This document shows positions 18,451 to 27,785 of a DNA stretch of 64,000 bases, one piece after another; within the stretch, counting starts at the first letter, position 1; every line of letters starts with the position of its first letter. The translations under genes were made by a program, and so were the position numbers. The notes below the pieces were generated by a model. The model did no database searches and was not told where the DNA came from. It saw nothing but the letters and a program-made list of their open reading frames with translations. This DNA comes from an uncultured Bacilli bacterium (GTDB lineage Bacteria > Bacillota_I > Bacilli_A > RFN20 > CAG-826). The stretch is from the NCBI GenBank assembly GCA_944368975.1, contig CALVXI010000001.1, forward strand, positions 117,365 through 181,364. Reading direction: 5' to 3'.

Positions 18451-19716
18451 ATGAAAAAAGTAGTTTATGAAAAAAATAACAATCAAATAGCAAGTAGAAG
18501 TAAAATCTTTATGGCAGCAGCCCTAGATTTTTGTATTCATATGGTATTATTAATGCTTTTATTTGGAATAGCGAGTGTACCAATCTTAAATAATAGTAGT
18601 TTATATGCTAATTTTAATGTTTGTAGAGATGAATTCTTTAATCATATTAAAGAAACAAAGCTATATACATTTGATGAAAATGGAGAACCTATTAATAGTA
18701 ATTATGGAGCATTAAGCTATACGATTACCTTAATTAAAACAAGTTATTATTATGAAGGTGAAGAATATAGTGAATTAGTTGATGGAAAAGAAACAATTAT
18801 TGAAGTAAATGAAGATGATTTACTTGAATATGAAGTTAATGGAGAATTAGTTAATGATAATTTAGGGTATTATTTTATTCACTTTAGAGAATCAACTAAT
18901 TCTGATTTACCTAATGAAGTTAAAACAAATTATGGAGATTATTCGAATAAATATAATTATTTTTATAGTGGAGCCTTAGAATTAAATTTACCATCTAATA
19001 AAGTTTATTTTAATAGTGAAATTTATAGCGATTCTAATGGAAATATTAATGAATTAGTTAAAGGTAAGCCTTTATTAAATTTCACTACTGCGGAAATTCT
19101 TCATGATTATATTTGTTTAAACAAAGATAGTGAAGAAGGACAAAAAGCTTTTGATATTATTTTAAAAATGTATAATGGAGCAATTAATTTTGCTTTTATG
19201 GAGTTAGATACCTATAGTCCAATTTATAAAAGCTATATTACAAATCTTGATGATCAACAAAATCATATTCTTAATATGCAATTTCTATCTTTATTTTTAA
19301 CTTATGTTGTTAGTTTTGGAATATATTTTGTTTTAATTCCAGTATTTCTTAAAGAAGGAAGAACTTTAGGATTTAAAGCATGTCGCTTAACTTATAGTAC
19401 AATTAATGATGATTATCCTAAAGCAAGAAATATTATTGTTAAAGATATACTTTTATTCATTACTGATATGATTGTTATTATTTTACCAATTTTATTTATG
19501 GGTAATATGCAAATACTTTTTTCTAATTTATTTTTAGGAGTTAAACCTGTTTATCTAATTATTTTCTTAACATTATTATCTTTAATAAGTATCTCTATGG
19601 CATGCTTTAATAAAAAACATCAATTTTTAGGAGAATATGTTGCTTTACTTGTTAGTAAAGATATTGATTCACTTGTTGTAAATGAAGAAAATATTGTTAT
19701 TGATGAAACTAAATAA
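18451..19716 (+). CDS. RDD-family membrane protein with a large (~230 aa) inserted soluble domain
   Basis: N-terminus SRSKIFMAAALDFCIHMVLLMLLFG and later LIPVFLKEGRTLGFKACRLTY match the RDD pattern (R..A..D ... G.TLG.K). A non-hydrophobic N/E/Y-rich insert lies between the TM segments. Confidence 0.5.
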   Translation: MKKVVYEKNNNQIASRSKIFMAAALDFCIHMVLLMLLFGIASVPILNNSSLYANFNVCRDEFFNHIKETKLYTFDENGEPINSNYGALSYTITLIKTSYYYEGEEYSELVDGKETIIEVNEDDLLEYEVNGELVNDNLGYYFIHFRESTNSDLPNEVKTNYGDYSNKYNYFYSGALELNLPSNKVYFNSEIYSDSNGNINELVKGKPLLNFTTAEILHDYICLNKDSEEGQKAFDIILKMYNGAINFAFMELDTYSPIYKSYITNLDDQQNHILNMQFLSLFLTYVVSFGIYFVLIPVFLKEGRTLGFKACRLTYSTINDDYPKARNIIVKDILLFITDMIVIILPILFMGNMQILFSNLFLGVKPVYLIIFLTLLSLISISMACFNKKHQFLGEYVALLVSKDIDSLVVNEENIVIDETK

Positions 19717-19732
19717 AATTAATTAAAATCTT

Positions 19733-19757
19733 AAAAACCTTTTAAAAGTCCATTAAA
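19733..19757 (+). repeat. Copy 1 of a 24/25-nt intergenic motif AAAAACC(T)TTTAAAAGTCCATTAAA
   Basis: aaaaaccttttaaaagtccattaaa lies 17 nt after the stop at 19716. A near-identical copy (one T fewer) is at 60846-60870. Confidence 0.6.
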
Positions 19758-19914
19758 TTTAATAATTTTGTTAAATATATATAAGAATATTGAGATAATT
19801 TTTACTTATAAAATTTGAAATATATGTGCAATAAAATCAATTAGTAAATTGTTTGTAAAATATTAAAATTTTTCCTTGTAAAGTTAATATAAAAGTTTAA
19901 AATACTTTATCGTT

Positions 19915-21123
19915 ATGTCGATATTATTATTAGTTATTATTTATATTGTCTTTATCTCATTAGGCTTACCAGACTCATTAATTGGAAGTAGTTGGCCTTC
20001 AATTTCAAATACATTAGAAATAAGCGCCTCACTTCAAGGGGTTGTCACTTTTATTATTTCTATAATGACTATTATCTCAAGTTTTGCGACTAATTTTTTA
20101 ATAAGAAAACTTAAAGAAAAGGGAGTAGTCGCTTTATCAATTTTATTAACTGTTTTAGGTTTAGTTGGATTTAGTTTAAGTAATAATTTTTATTTATTTT
20201 GCTTTAGTGCGGTTCCTTTAGGTTTAGGAGCTGGAGCAATTGACACTACTTTAAATAATTATGTGGCAATTAGATATAAAGCAATTCATTTAAATTGGTT
20301 ACATGCTTTTTGGGGAGTAGGAGCTACAATATCACCTTTAATTTCCGGTGGATTTATTGCTAGTAGTAGTGATGGTTATAAGATCGCTGCATTAATTTTA
20401 GCTTTAATTCAAGGAACGATATTACTTATAGTTTTACTTTCTTTTCCGATTTGGAATAAGGTTAATTTTAATTTAGATAGTAAAGAATCTAATAGTGAAA
20501 TAAAAGAAATCAGATTAAATTTAATAAAAACATTCAAGATTAGAGGGGTTTTAGTTGCAGCTATTGGATTTTTTGCTTATATTGCAGTTGAACAAACTTG
20601 TGGTTTATGGTTTAGTAGTATGATTACTTATGGCTTTAATATGGATGAAGAAATAGGAACTCATTGGACTACTTTATTTTATTTAGGAATGATGATTGGA
20701 CGATTTATTAGTGGTGTTATTAGTTTAAAAATTAAAGATAAAAATATGATAAGAATTGGTGAAGGTCTTATCTTTATTGGAATTATTTTAATGACTTTTA
20801 AATTTAATGTTTATATTATGCCTGTAAGTTTAGTTCTTATTGGCTTAGGATGTGCACCTGTATATCCAGGAATAATTCATGCTACACCAAATCGTTTTAG
20901 CAAAGAATTAAGTGCTAGTGTTATGAGTGTTCAAGTAGGATGTGCTTATATTGCAAATATTACGGCAGCACCATTATTTGGAATAATTGGTAATAATTTA
21001 AGTTTCTTATTATTACCATATTATGTATTAGTCTTCTTTATAGTCTTAACAATTTGTAATGAAGTAGTATTAAAGTTAACTAAAGATAAATCTAAATTAT
21101 TAAGTAGATTAAAAGTAAATTAA
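19915..21123 (+). CDS. MFS transporter
   Basis: 402 aa with about 12 hydrophobic helices in a 6+6 layout, separated by a central hydrophilic loop (NLDSKESNSEIKEIRLN). No SD sequence is visible, so the start is uncertain. Confidence 0.7.
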   Translation: MSILLLVIIYIVFISLGLPDSLIGSSWPSISNTLEISASLQGVVTFIISIMTIISSFATNFLIRKLKEKGVVALSILLTVLGLVGFSLSNNFYLFCFSAVPLGLGAGAIDTTLNNYVAIRYKAIHLNWLHAFWGVGATISPLISGGFIASSSDGYKIAALILALIQGTILLIVLLSFPIWNKVNFNLDSKESNSEIKEIRLNLIKTFKIRGVLVAAIGFFAYIAVEQTCGLWFSSMITYGFNMDEEIGTHWTTLFYLGMMIGRFISGVISLKIKDKNMIRIGEGLIFIGIILMTFKFNVYIMPVSLVLIGLGCAPVYPGIIHATPNRFSKELSASVMSVQVGCAYIANITAAPLFGIIGNNLSFLLLPYYVLVFFIVLTICNEVVLKLTKDKSKLLSRLKVN

Positions 21124-21124
21124 T

Positions 21125-21580
21125 CTACTTAATAATTTTATAAATATCATTTCTTTTAGAGCGATCTACTAAGATATAAATATCGTAAAATAAATTATTA
21201 ATAAATAGTAAAATAAAGATTGAAATAAGAACTATAAATTCATAATAGTAATTACTAATAAAAAATATTAAGACACTAAAAGTAATAATTAAGATAAAAC
21301 TTATAGCAAGTAAAACATTATTAACAATAAAAGGAGGACGATTTATTTTATCTTGTTCATAAACTAAATCTCTAATTGTTAAATCCTCCATTTTTTTCTT
21401 TAACCCTTTAAAAGTCGCACTAATTTCAAAAATACTAAAAGCGATAATTACAAGTAAAGTGATTAAATGAATTATATTTTCGCTGATTTTTAATGATATC
21501 AAATAAATAAAATAAATATTTAAAAGAATAAATAAAATGAATGTAATAATAAATGCAATACGATAAATTTTAATCTTCAT
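21125..21580 (-). CDS. Small integral membrane protein, unknown function
   Basis: 151 aa with about 4 TM helices. Its start overlaps the 3' end of the upstream GH13 gene by 11 nt, suggesting co-transcription. Confidence 0.5.
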   Translation of the reverse strand: MKIKIYRIAFIITFILFILLNIYFIYLISLKISENIIHLITLLVIIAFSIFEISATFKGLKKKMEDLTIRDLVYEQDKINRPPFIVNNVLLAISFILIITFSVLIFFISNYYYEFIVLISIFILLFINNLFYDIYILVDRSKRNDIYKIIK

Positions 21581-22868
21581 ACTTTCTTAAATACATTGGT
21601 TCCTTTACTAAGACTTCTTGGTCTTTAATAATAACCATTTTATCATCTAATAAATTTTTATAAATACCATCAATTAAAAATTTTGAACGAATCAGTTGAG
21701 GTTTCTCATTGAAATTAAATATACCATAAATATATTTACCATTTTGATATGTATTTTTAGCAATTATAAATTCACCATTAGTTGTATCAATTTCACTTGC
21801 TGTGATATTTAAATTACATGGATCTTTCTTTAAAGAAATAATCTTTTTAACAAGATTAAACCATTCTTCATCGATACTTAAATCAAGTAAATCTTTGGTA
21901 AATAAGCTTAAATGATGATCTGCTTTAGTTTCTAAACCATTATAAATAAACATAGGTCCATCTAAAAAGAAACTATAAGCTAAAAGATTTCTTCTTTTAG
22001 CAAAATAAGAAGTATATTCTACTATACGTTTTTGATCATGATTTTCAATTTCTCTAATTCTAAGAGCACCTTCAGGATTAAATGGATTTTCATAATTCTT
22101 TAAAACCTTAAATTTATTTAATGAATCAATATCTCCGGTATTTAAATAATTTCTTAAATAATCAAAATTATTATATTGATAAAGTAAATCAAAACCTACT
22201 TCATATAAAGTAGGGTCATCTAAAACTTTAAAGCCTTCTTTTCTTAAAGCTAAGGTAAAACCTGCATCAATTGCTTCAGCTAGCATTATTGTATTAGGAT
22301 ATTCTTTTAAAACAGTATTTTTTAAAGTTAAGTAAAAATCTTTACTAACTAAGCTAGCAACATCGAATCTAAAGCCATCGATTCCTAATTCAATATAATA
22401 TTTAATAACATTACATAAATAATCGATTAATTCTGGATTATTTGTGTATTCTAAATCATAAACATCAGTCCAATCACCAGCTTTTGAAGTTAATTTACCT
22501 TCTTTATTTTTATAAAACCATTCAGGATGAGTTTTTAATAATACTGAGTCTCTTGAAGTATGATTAAAAACGATATCGAGCATGACTTTCATATTTTTAG
22601 TATGGATTAAGTTAATAGTATTTTTAAAGTCTTCTAAAGTTCCAAGTTCAGGATTAATTTCGTAATAATCTTTAATAGAATAAGGAGAACCTAAATCCCC
22701 CTTACGATTAACTTCTCCAATAGTATTAACTGGCATAAAGTAAATAATGTCAGTACCTAAATCTTTTATATAATCGATATATTTATTAAAAGCGTTAAAT
22801 GTTCCTTCTTTTGTAAAGTTACGAACATATACTTGATAGATAATTTGATTTTTTAAATAGTTTTTCAT
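21570..22868 (-). CDS. Cytoplasmic alpha-amylase-family glycoside hydrolase (GH13)
   Basis: GH13 regions DIVFNHTS (I), GFRFDVASLV (II), MLAEAID (III) and ENHDQKR (IV). Start set at the second ATG (22868), which follows GAGGTG. No signal peptide. Confidence 0.85.
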   Translation of the reverse strand: MKNYLKNQIIYQVYVRNFTKEGTFNAFNKYIDYIKDLGTDIIYFMPVNTIGEVNRKGDLGSPYSIKDYYEINPELGTLEDFKNTINLIHTKNMKVMLDIVFNHTSRDSVLLKTHPEWFYKNKEGKLTSKAGDWTDVYDLEYTNNPELIDYLCNVIKYYIELGIDGFRFDVASLVSKDFYLTLKNTVLKEYPNTIMLAEAIDAGFTLALRKEGFKVLDDPTLYEVGFDLLYQYNNFDYLRNYLNTGDIDSLNKFKVLKNYENPFNPEGALRIREIENHDQKRIVEYTSYFAKRRNLLAYSFFLDGPMFIYNGLETKADHHLSLFTKDLLDLSIDEEWFNLVKKIISLKKDPCNLNITASEIDTTNGEFIIAKNTYQNGKYIYGIFNFNEKPQLIRSKFLIDGIYKNLLDDKMVIIKDQEVLVKEPMYLRKYED

Positions 22869-23261
22869 AATACACCTCAAGAGGTAATTATAATGAAAGT
22901 TAAATTTTTTTTAACTAATTTATTTTTTAAAAGGTTAAAAATCATTTGTATTGAAAAAATTTCGAATATTTTTTTGATTTTAAAATTGTAAAAATCAAAA
23001 AATTACGATGAAATCTATTACTATTTGAATTTATAGATAAAAAATAATTAAAAATGCTATTGAAATTAGTGAAATTTCGATAGAGTAATAGAAAAATGTC
23101 GATTTAATCATACTTTTATATCATAAAATTAATTATTTAAAAAATAACGACATAATCGAAGAAATTTTAATTTATTGTAAATTTTATTTTTTTATAATAT
23201 TAAAATTGTAATTTTTTTTAAAATTGTCCGATTTAATCGATATTTTTATGAAAATTTCCGC

Positions 23262-23290
23262 TTGACAACATGCATTTTTGATTAAATAAT
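23262..23290 (+). promoter_or_regulatory. Putative sigma-A promoter of the malQ/maltodextrin operon
   Basis: TTGACA (23262-23267), 17-nt spacer, AATAAT (23285-23290). Confidence 0.5.
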
Positions 23291-23303
23291 GAAAGCGCTT
23301 ACA
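23290..23303. promoter_or_regulatory. Catabolite-responsive element (cre, CcpA operator)
   Basis: TGAAAGCGCTTACA matches every fixed position of the cre consensus TGWAANCGNTNWCA. It overlaps the end of the -10 box and the expected +1. Confidence 0.7.
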
Positions 23304-23321
23304 AAGAAAGTGTATGTTTTT

Positions 23322-24833
23322 ATGGAAAAATTAGAAGCAGGAATTTTGATGCATATATCTAGTTTACCTTCCTCTTATGGAATCGGTACTTTTGGTAAGG
23401 AAGCTTATGATTTTGTTGATTTTTTAAGTGAATCCAAAATGAAAATATGGCAAATCTTACCACTTAATTTAACTAGTTTTGGTGATTCTCCTTATCAAAG
23501 TCCATCAAATTATGGATTTAACTATTACTTTATTGATTTAGATATATTAAGAAGTAAAGGTTTACTTGAACTTGAAGATTATTCAGATATTGATTTTGGA
23601 AGTAATCCAAAAAGAGTAGATTATAAAAAACTTTTTGATGAAAGAATTAAAGTTCTTAAAAAAGCTTTTTCTAATTTTACTTACACTGATGATTTTAAAA
23701 GTTTTTTAAGAAATAATGTAAATGCCCGTGATTTTAGTTTCTTTATGACAATGAAAGAGCTAAATAATTTTGCCCCATGGAGTCAATGGAGGGGACTTAC
23801 AAACTCTTATTCGTTAGAACTAGAAAATAAGATCATAGCTGAAAATAAGCTCACTTTTGAGTTCTACATGTGGACTCAATATGAGTTTTTAAATGAATAC
23901 TTTGCTTTAAAAAGATATGCAAATAGTAAAGATGTTTTAATAATGGGTGATATTCCAATTTATTTAGCTTACGATAGTGTTGAATGTTATAAATATCCTT
24001 ATATGTTTCAAATGGATGAAAAACATAATCCAACAAATGTTGCAGGTTGTCCTCCAGATTGCTTTAGTGTAGATGGACAACTTTGGGGAAATCCATTATA
24101 TAACTGGGAATACTTTAAGAAAACAAATTATAAATGGTGGAATGAAAGAATCTTAAATGCTTTAAAGCTATATGATTTACTTCGTATAGACCACTTTAGA
24201 GGATTTAGTGCATATTATTCGATTCCATTTAAAGATAAAACTGCTAGAAATGGTAAATGGGTTAAAGGACCAGGATTTGATTTATTTAAAGATAAATTAG
24301 ACTATCCAATTATTGCTGAAGATCTTGGATATATCGATGATGATTTTAGAGATTTAATGAAGAAAACAAATTATCCTGGAATGAAAATCGTTACTCAAGG
24401 AGTTTTAGATTTAAATAAAGATAATGAATGGAGACCAAGTAATTATACATATAATTATTTTAGTTATACCTCAACGCATGATAGTGAAACTACTTTACAA
24501 TTTTTAGATAATTTATCTTTAAAAGATTTTGAATTAGCTCTTGAAGTTATAAAAGAAGAATGTGAATTATTAAATGTTCCATTTATAGATACATTAGATA
24601 AAAAAGAACTTACTTTAAAACTAGTTGAACTTAATATTGCTAGCAAAAGTAAAGTAGCAATGACTCCAATTCAAGATTTAATTCCTTTAGGAAAAGAAGC
24701 AAGAATGAATTTTCCTAGTACCTTATCAACTGATAACTGGTCATTTAGATTAACTAAAGATGAATTTTTGAAAAATAAGTTAAGAATTAGAGACTTTTTA
24801 AAGAAAAACGTCGAAAAATATAGAACAAATTAA
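23322..24833 (+). CDS. malQ: 4-alpha-glucanotransferase (amylomaltase, GH77)
   Basis: GILMHISSLPSSYGIGTFG, WQILPL, GDSPYQS, LRIDHFRGF, GNPLYNW and TSTHDS. Start set at ATG 23322 because the ORF-track start at 23289 would sit inside the promoter and cre site. Confidence 0.9.
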   Translation: MEKLEAGILMHISSLPSSYGIGTFGKEAYDFVDFLSESKMKIWQILPLNLTSFGDSPYQSPSNYGFNYYFIDLDILRSKGLLELEDYSDIDFGSNPKRVDYKKLFDERIKVLKKAFSNFTYTDDFKSFLRNNVNARDFSFFMTMKELNNFAPWSQWRGLTNSYSLELENKIIAENKLTFEFYMWTQYEFLNEYFALKRYANSKDVLIMGDIPIYLAYDSVECYKYPYMFQMDEKHNPTNVAGCPPDCFSVDGQLWGNPLYNWEYFKKTNYKWWNERILNALKLYDLLRIDHFRGFSAYYSIPFKDKTARNGKWVKGPGFDLFKDKLDYPIIAEDLGYIDDDFRDLMKKTNYPGMKIVTQGVLDLNKDNEWRPSNYTYNYFSYTSTHDSETTLQFLDNLSLKDFELALEVIKEECELLNVPFIDTLDKKELTLKLVELNIASKSKVAMTPIQDLIPLGKEARMNFPSTLSTDNWSFRLTKDEFLKNKLRIRDFLKKNVEKYRTN

Positions 24834-24905
24834 ATTCGGTAATTAAAGTCGTTGTGACTTAATTATATAAAAAAATTCAATTCATAAGGAGGTTATAATT
24901 AATTT

Positions 24906-26183
24906 ATGAGAAGAAGTTTAAAATTATTTACTGTAAGTGCCGCTTTACTTCTAGGAGTTGGTGGTTTAGTTAGTTGTGGCGAAGATGAATCAATGATCAT
25001 CGAAGTTGCTGGTCCAGGTTCTCAACAAGCTTTAATCCAAGAATTAATTGACGATTTTAAAGCAAGTAATGAAGATGCTGCTAAATATACTTGGAGATTT
25101 AGAGATATGGGTGAAGACCAAGTTGAATCTCAAGTACCAGATCCAGCAAAAGGTCCTGAAGTTTTCCATTTTTCAAGTGATAAACTTGCTAACTTATTCA
25201 AATTAAATTTATTACAAGGTGTTAGTAAAGATAGTACCTATGGAAAATGGATTGCTGAAAATAATACTGAAACAGCTTTAGGTTTTGCTGAATTTGCTGG
25301 AAAATATTATGCTTATCCATATGCAGAAGATAATACATATGTCTTATTCTATGATAGTTCTAAATTAACTGTAGAAGATGTTGCTACTTATGAAGGATTA
25401 ATTGCTAAATTAACTGAATTATCTGCTGATTTACCAGCTGATGCTAAAAAATATCAAGTAGCTTATCCTTGGGGAACTTCATATTATTCAACAGGTGTTA
25501 TGTTTACTTATGGTGCTAGATATAATGTTGAATATGATACTACAACTGGTGCTTTAACTAATGTTACTGCTGACTTTGATACTGAAAAAGGACTTAAAGC
25601 TGGTAAAGTCTTACTTCAATTTAAAAAAGATGAAGCATATGTAGTTGATCAAGGTGATGCTATTCCTACTCAAAGTGGATCTGAAAATATTATTGCTAGT
25701 GTTACTGGTACATGGAATGTTTCAAAATTAAAAGAACAATTAGGTGATAATTATGCAGTTGCTACTTTACCTACAATTACAATTGATGGTGATACAAAAA
25801 CATTAGGAAGTTTCTTAGGAGCTAAATTAATGGGTGTTAATGCTGCTGCTATTGGAACTGATGAAACTAAATCTGCTGTATGTCATGCTTTTGCTCAATA
25901 TGCTACAGGAAAAGATGCTCAAATTAAACGTCATGAAATGTATGGTACTGGAGGAACTAATATTGAATTTAGACAAACTGATGCCTTTAAAAATGACCCA
26001 GCTCAACAAGCAGTAGCTAAACAAACTGAATTAGGAAATGCTGTTTTACAAACTAATGTTCCTGGAAAATTATGGGATGCATTTACTGCAGTTTCTGCTG
26101 ATATTAAATCTGGTACTACAACTGAAGCTAACTTAGCTGATGCCTTAGTTACTGCTAATAACGTTATTCAAACATCTAGATAA
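24906..26183 (+). CDS. Maltodextrin/maltose-type ABC transporter substrate-binding lipoprotein
   Basis: Lipobox GGLVSC with an AAGGAGG RBS. Family-1 SBP-like sequence directly upstream of MalF/MalG-like permeases in a starch locus. Confidence 0.8.
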   Translation: MRRSLKLFTVSAALLLGVGGLVSCGEDESMIIEVAGPGSQQALIQELIDDFKASNEDAAKYTWRFRDMGEDQVESQVPDPAKGPEVFHFSSDKLANLFKLNLLQGVSKDSTYGKWIAENNTETALGFAEFAGKYYAYPYAEDNTYVLFYDSSKLTVEDVATYEGLIAKLTELSADLPADAKKYQVAYPWGTSYYSTGVMFTYGARYNVEYDTTTGALTNVTADFDTEKGLKAGKVLLQFKKDEAYVVDQGDAIPTQSGSENIIASVTGTWNVSKLKEQLGDNYAVATLPTITIDGDTKTLGSFLGAKLMGVNAAAIGTDETKSAVCHAFAQYATGKDAQIKRHEMYGTGGTNIEFRQTDAFKNDPAQQAVAKQTELGNAVLQTNVPGKLWDAFTAVSADIKSGTTTEANLADALVTANNVIQTSR

Positions 26184-26193
26184 TATTATTTTG

Positions 26194-26221
26194 TTAGAGA
26201 ACACGAATTCGTGTTCTCTAA
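26194..26221 (+). terminator. Hairpin/attenuator between the SBP and permease genes
   Basis: ttagagaacacg-aatt-cgtgttctctaa (12-bp perfect stem) followed by acttttatt. This placement is typical for raising SBP transcript levels over the permeases. Confidence 0.6.
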
Positions 26222-26249
26222 ACTTTTATTGATAGTTTAAGGAGAATTT

Positions 26250-27785
26250 ATGACACAAATAGAATTGATGTCAAAACCAAAATTTGAAAGATTTTTCTTA
26301 AGAATTGGAATATTTTTTTCAAGTCTTCCTTTAAAATTATCACTTTTTTTTAGAAATTTTCCTTTCTTTTTAAAGAAAGTAGGTTCTAAATTAATTAAAC
26401 CATTTGAAGTATTAAATGATGCTTTTATTAATGGTGATTGGAAGACTAGATTATCTTTCCTTTTTTGTGGTTTTGGACAAATATTCAATAAGCAAGTAGT
26501 CTATGGAATAATAAACTTTCTTTTTGAAGTTTGCTTTATAGTTTATATGTGCTTAGTTGGTGTACCTTGGATATCAAAATTTGGTACATTAGGTATTCCT
26601 ACTGATGAAATAGGTAATGCTTGTGATGTCTATATTAATGATATAACTGGAACTGAATTTTATGATTGTCATGGCAATACTAATGATAGTCGATTCATTA
26701 TCCTTTATTCCTTAATTACTATATTCTTTATGATTTGTATGCTTTATGTTTGGTATTCTTCAATTAGAAAAGCTAAACTTTTACAAGATTATAATGTTAT
26801 AGGAAAGAAAGAAACTGATAAAGACGTTACTAAAACTTTTGTTTCTAGAAACTATGATAAAACATTATTAGCTGTTCCACTTACTGGTGTTATAGTTTTT
26901 ACTGTTTTACCTTTAGTTTTTATGATTTTAATTGCCTTTACTAATTATAGTAGTGAATTTAATGGCTCTAAACTTGTTTTTAACTGGGTAGGCTTACAAA
27001 ATTTTGCTAATATGGCAGGACTTGGTGCAGGGTATGAAACATTTTTACCTACAATGTTAAAAATATTAGTTTGGACATTAATTTGGGCATTTTTTGCTAC
27101 ATTTACAAATTATTTCTTAGGAATGATTGTCGCTTTATTAATTAATCAAAAAGCTGTCAAACTTAAAAAATTATGGAGAACAGTTTTAATTACAACAATA
27201 GCTGTTCCTCAATTTGTTAGTTTACTTTTAATTAATAAGATGATTCAAGATAATGGTATTATTAATAACTTACTTCAACAATGGGGAATTATTTCTAGTC
27301 CAATAAGATTTTTATCTGATGCAATGATTGCTAGAGTAATGGTTATTGTTGTTAATATGTGGGTTGGTATTCCTTATACAATGTTAATTTGTACTGGTAT
27401 CTTATTAAATATTCCTGAAGATTTATATGAATCAGCAAGAATTGATGGTGCTAGTCCACTTAAAATGTATATGAAGATTACTTTACCATATATGTTATTT
27501 GTTACTACACCATATCTTATTCAACAATTTGTTGGTAATATTAATAACTTCAATGTTATTTATTTACTTACTCAAGGCGGACCATTGACTCAAACTTATG
27601 CTGCTGGTGCTGGTCAAACTGACTTACTTATTACTTGGTTATATAAATTAACGATGACTAATGCTAGTAAAGATTATGCTATGAGTAGTGTTATTGGTAT
27701 TATTGTTTTCTGCGTTGTCGCCTTTATTTCTTTAATCTTCTATTCAAAGAGCAAGAGTGTAAAAAATGAGGAGGAATTCCAATAA
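26250..27785 (+). CDS. Maltodextrin ABC transporter permease (MalF type)
   Basis: 511 aa with extra N-terminal TM helices and a large external loop, as in MalF. EAA loop LYESARIDGASPLKMYMKITLPYM. AAGGAG RBS. Confidence 0.85.
   Translation: MTQIELMSKPKFERFFLRIGIFFSSLPLKLSLFFRNFPFFLKKVGSKLIKPFEVLNDAFINGDWKTRLSFLFCGFGQIFNKQVVYGIINFLFEVCFIVYMCLVGVPWISKFGTLGIPTDEIGNACDVYINDITGTEFYDCHGNTNDSRFIILYSLITIFFMICMLYVWYSSIRKAKLLQDYNVIGKKETDKDVTKTFVSRNYDKTLLAVPLTGVIVFTVLPLVFMILIAFTNYSSEFNGSKLVFNWVGLQNFANMAGLGAGYETFLPTMLKILVWTLIWAFFATFTNYFLGMIVALLINQKAVKLKKLWRTVLITTIAVPQFVSLLLINKMIQDNGIINNLLQQWGIISSPIRFLSDAMIARVMVIVVNMWVGIPYTMLICTGILLNIPEDLYESARIDGASPLKMYMKITLPYMLFVTTPYLIQQFVGNINNFNVIYLLTQGGPLTQTYAAGAGQTDLLITWLYKLTMTNASKDYAMSSVIGIIVFCVVAFISLIFYSKSKSVKNEEEFQ

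Noticed and set aside
23851-24646. Minus-strand ORFs 23851-24036 and 24464-24646 inside malQ
   Set aside because: They are antisense to a gene with unambiguous GH77 motifs.
25827-26488. ORFs 25827-26024 (-), 25834-26016 (+) and 26237-26488 (-) around the maltodextrin SBP and MalF-like genes
   Set aside because: They overlap supported genes out of frame or antisense, and have no RBS or recognisable sequence.
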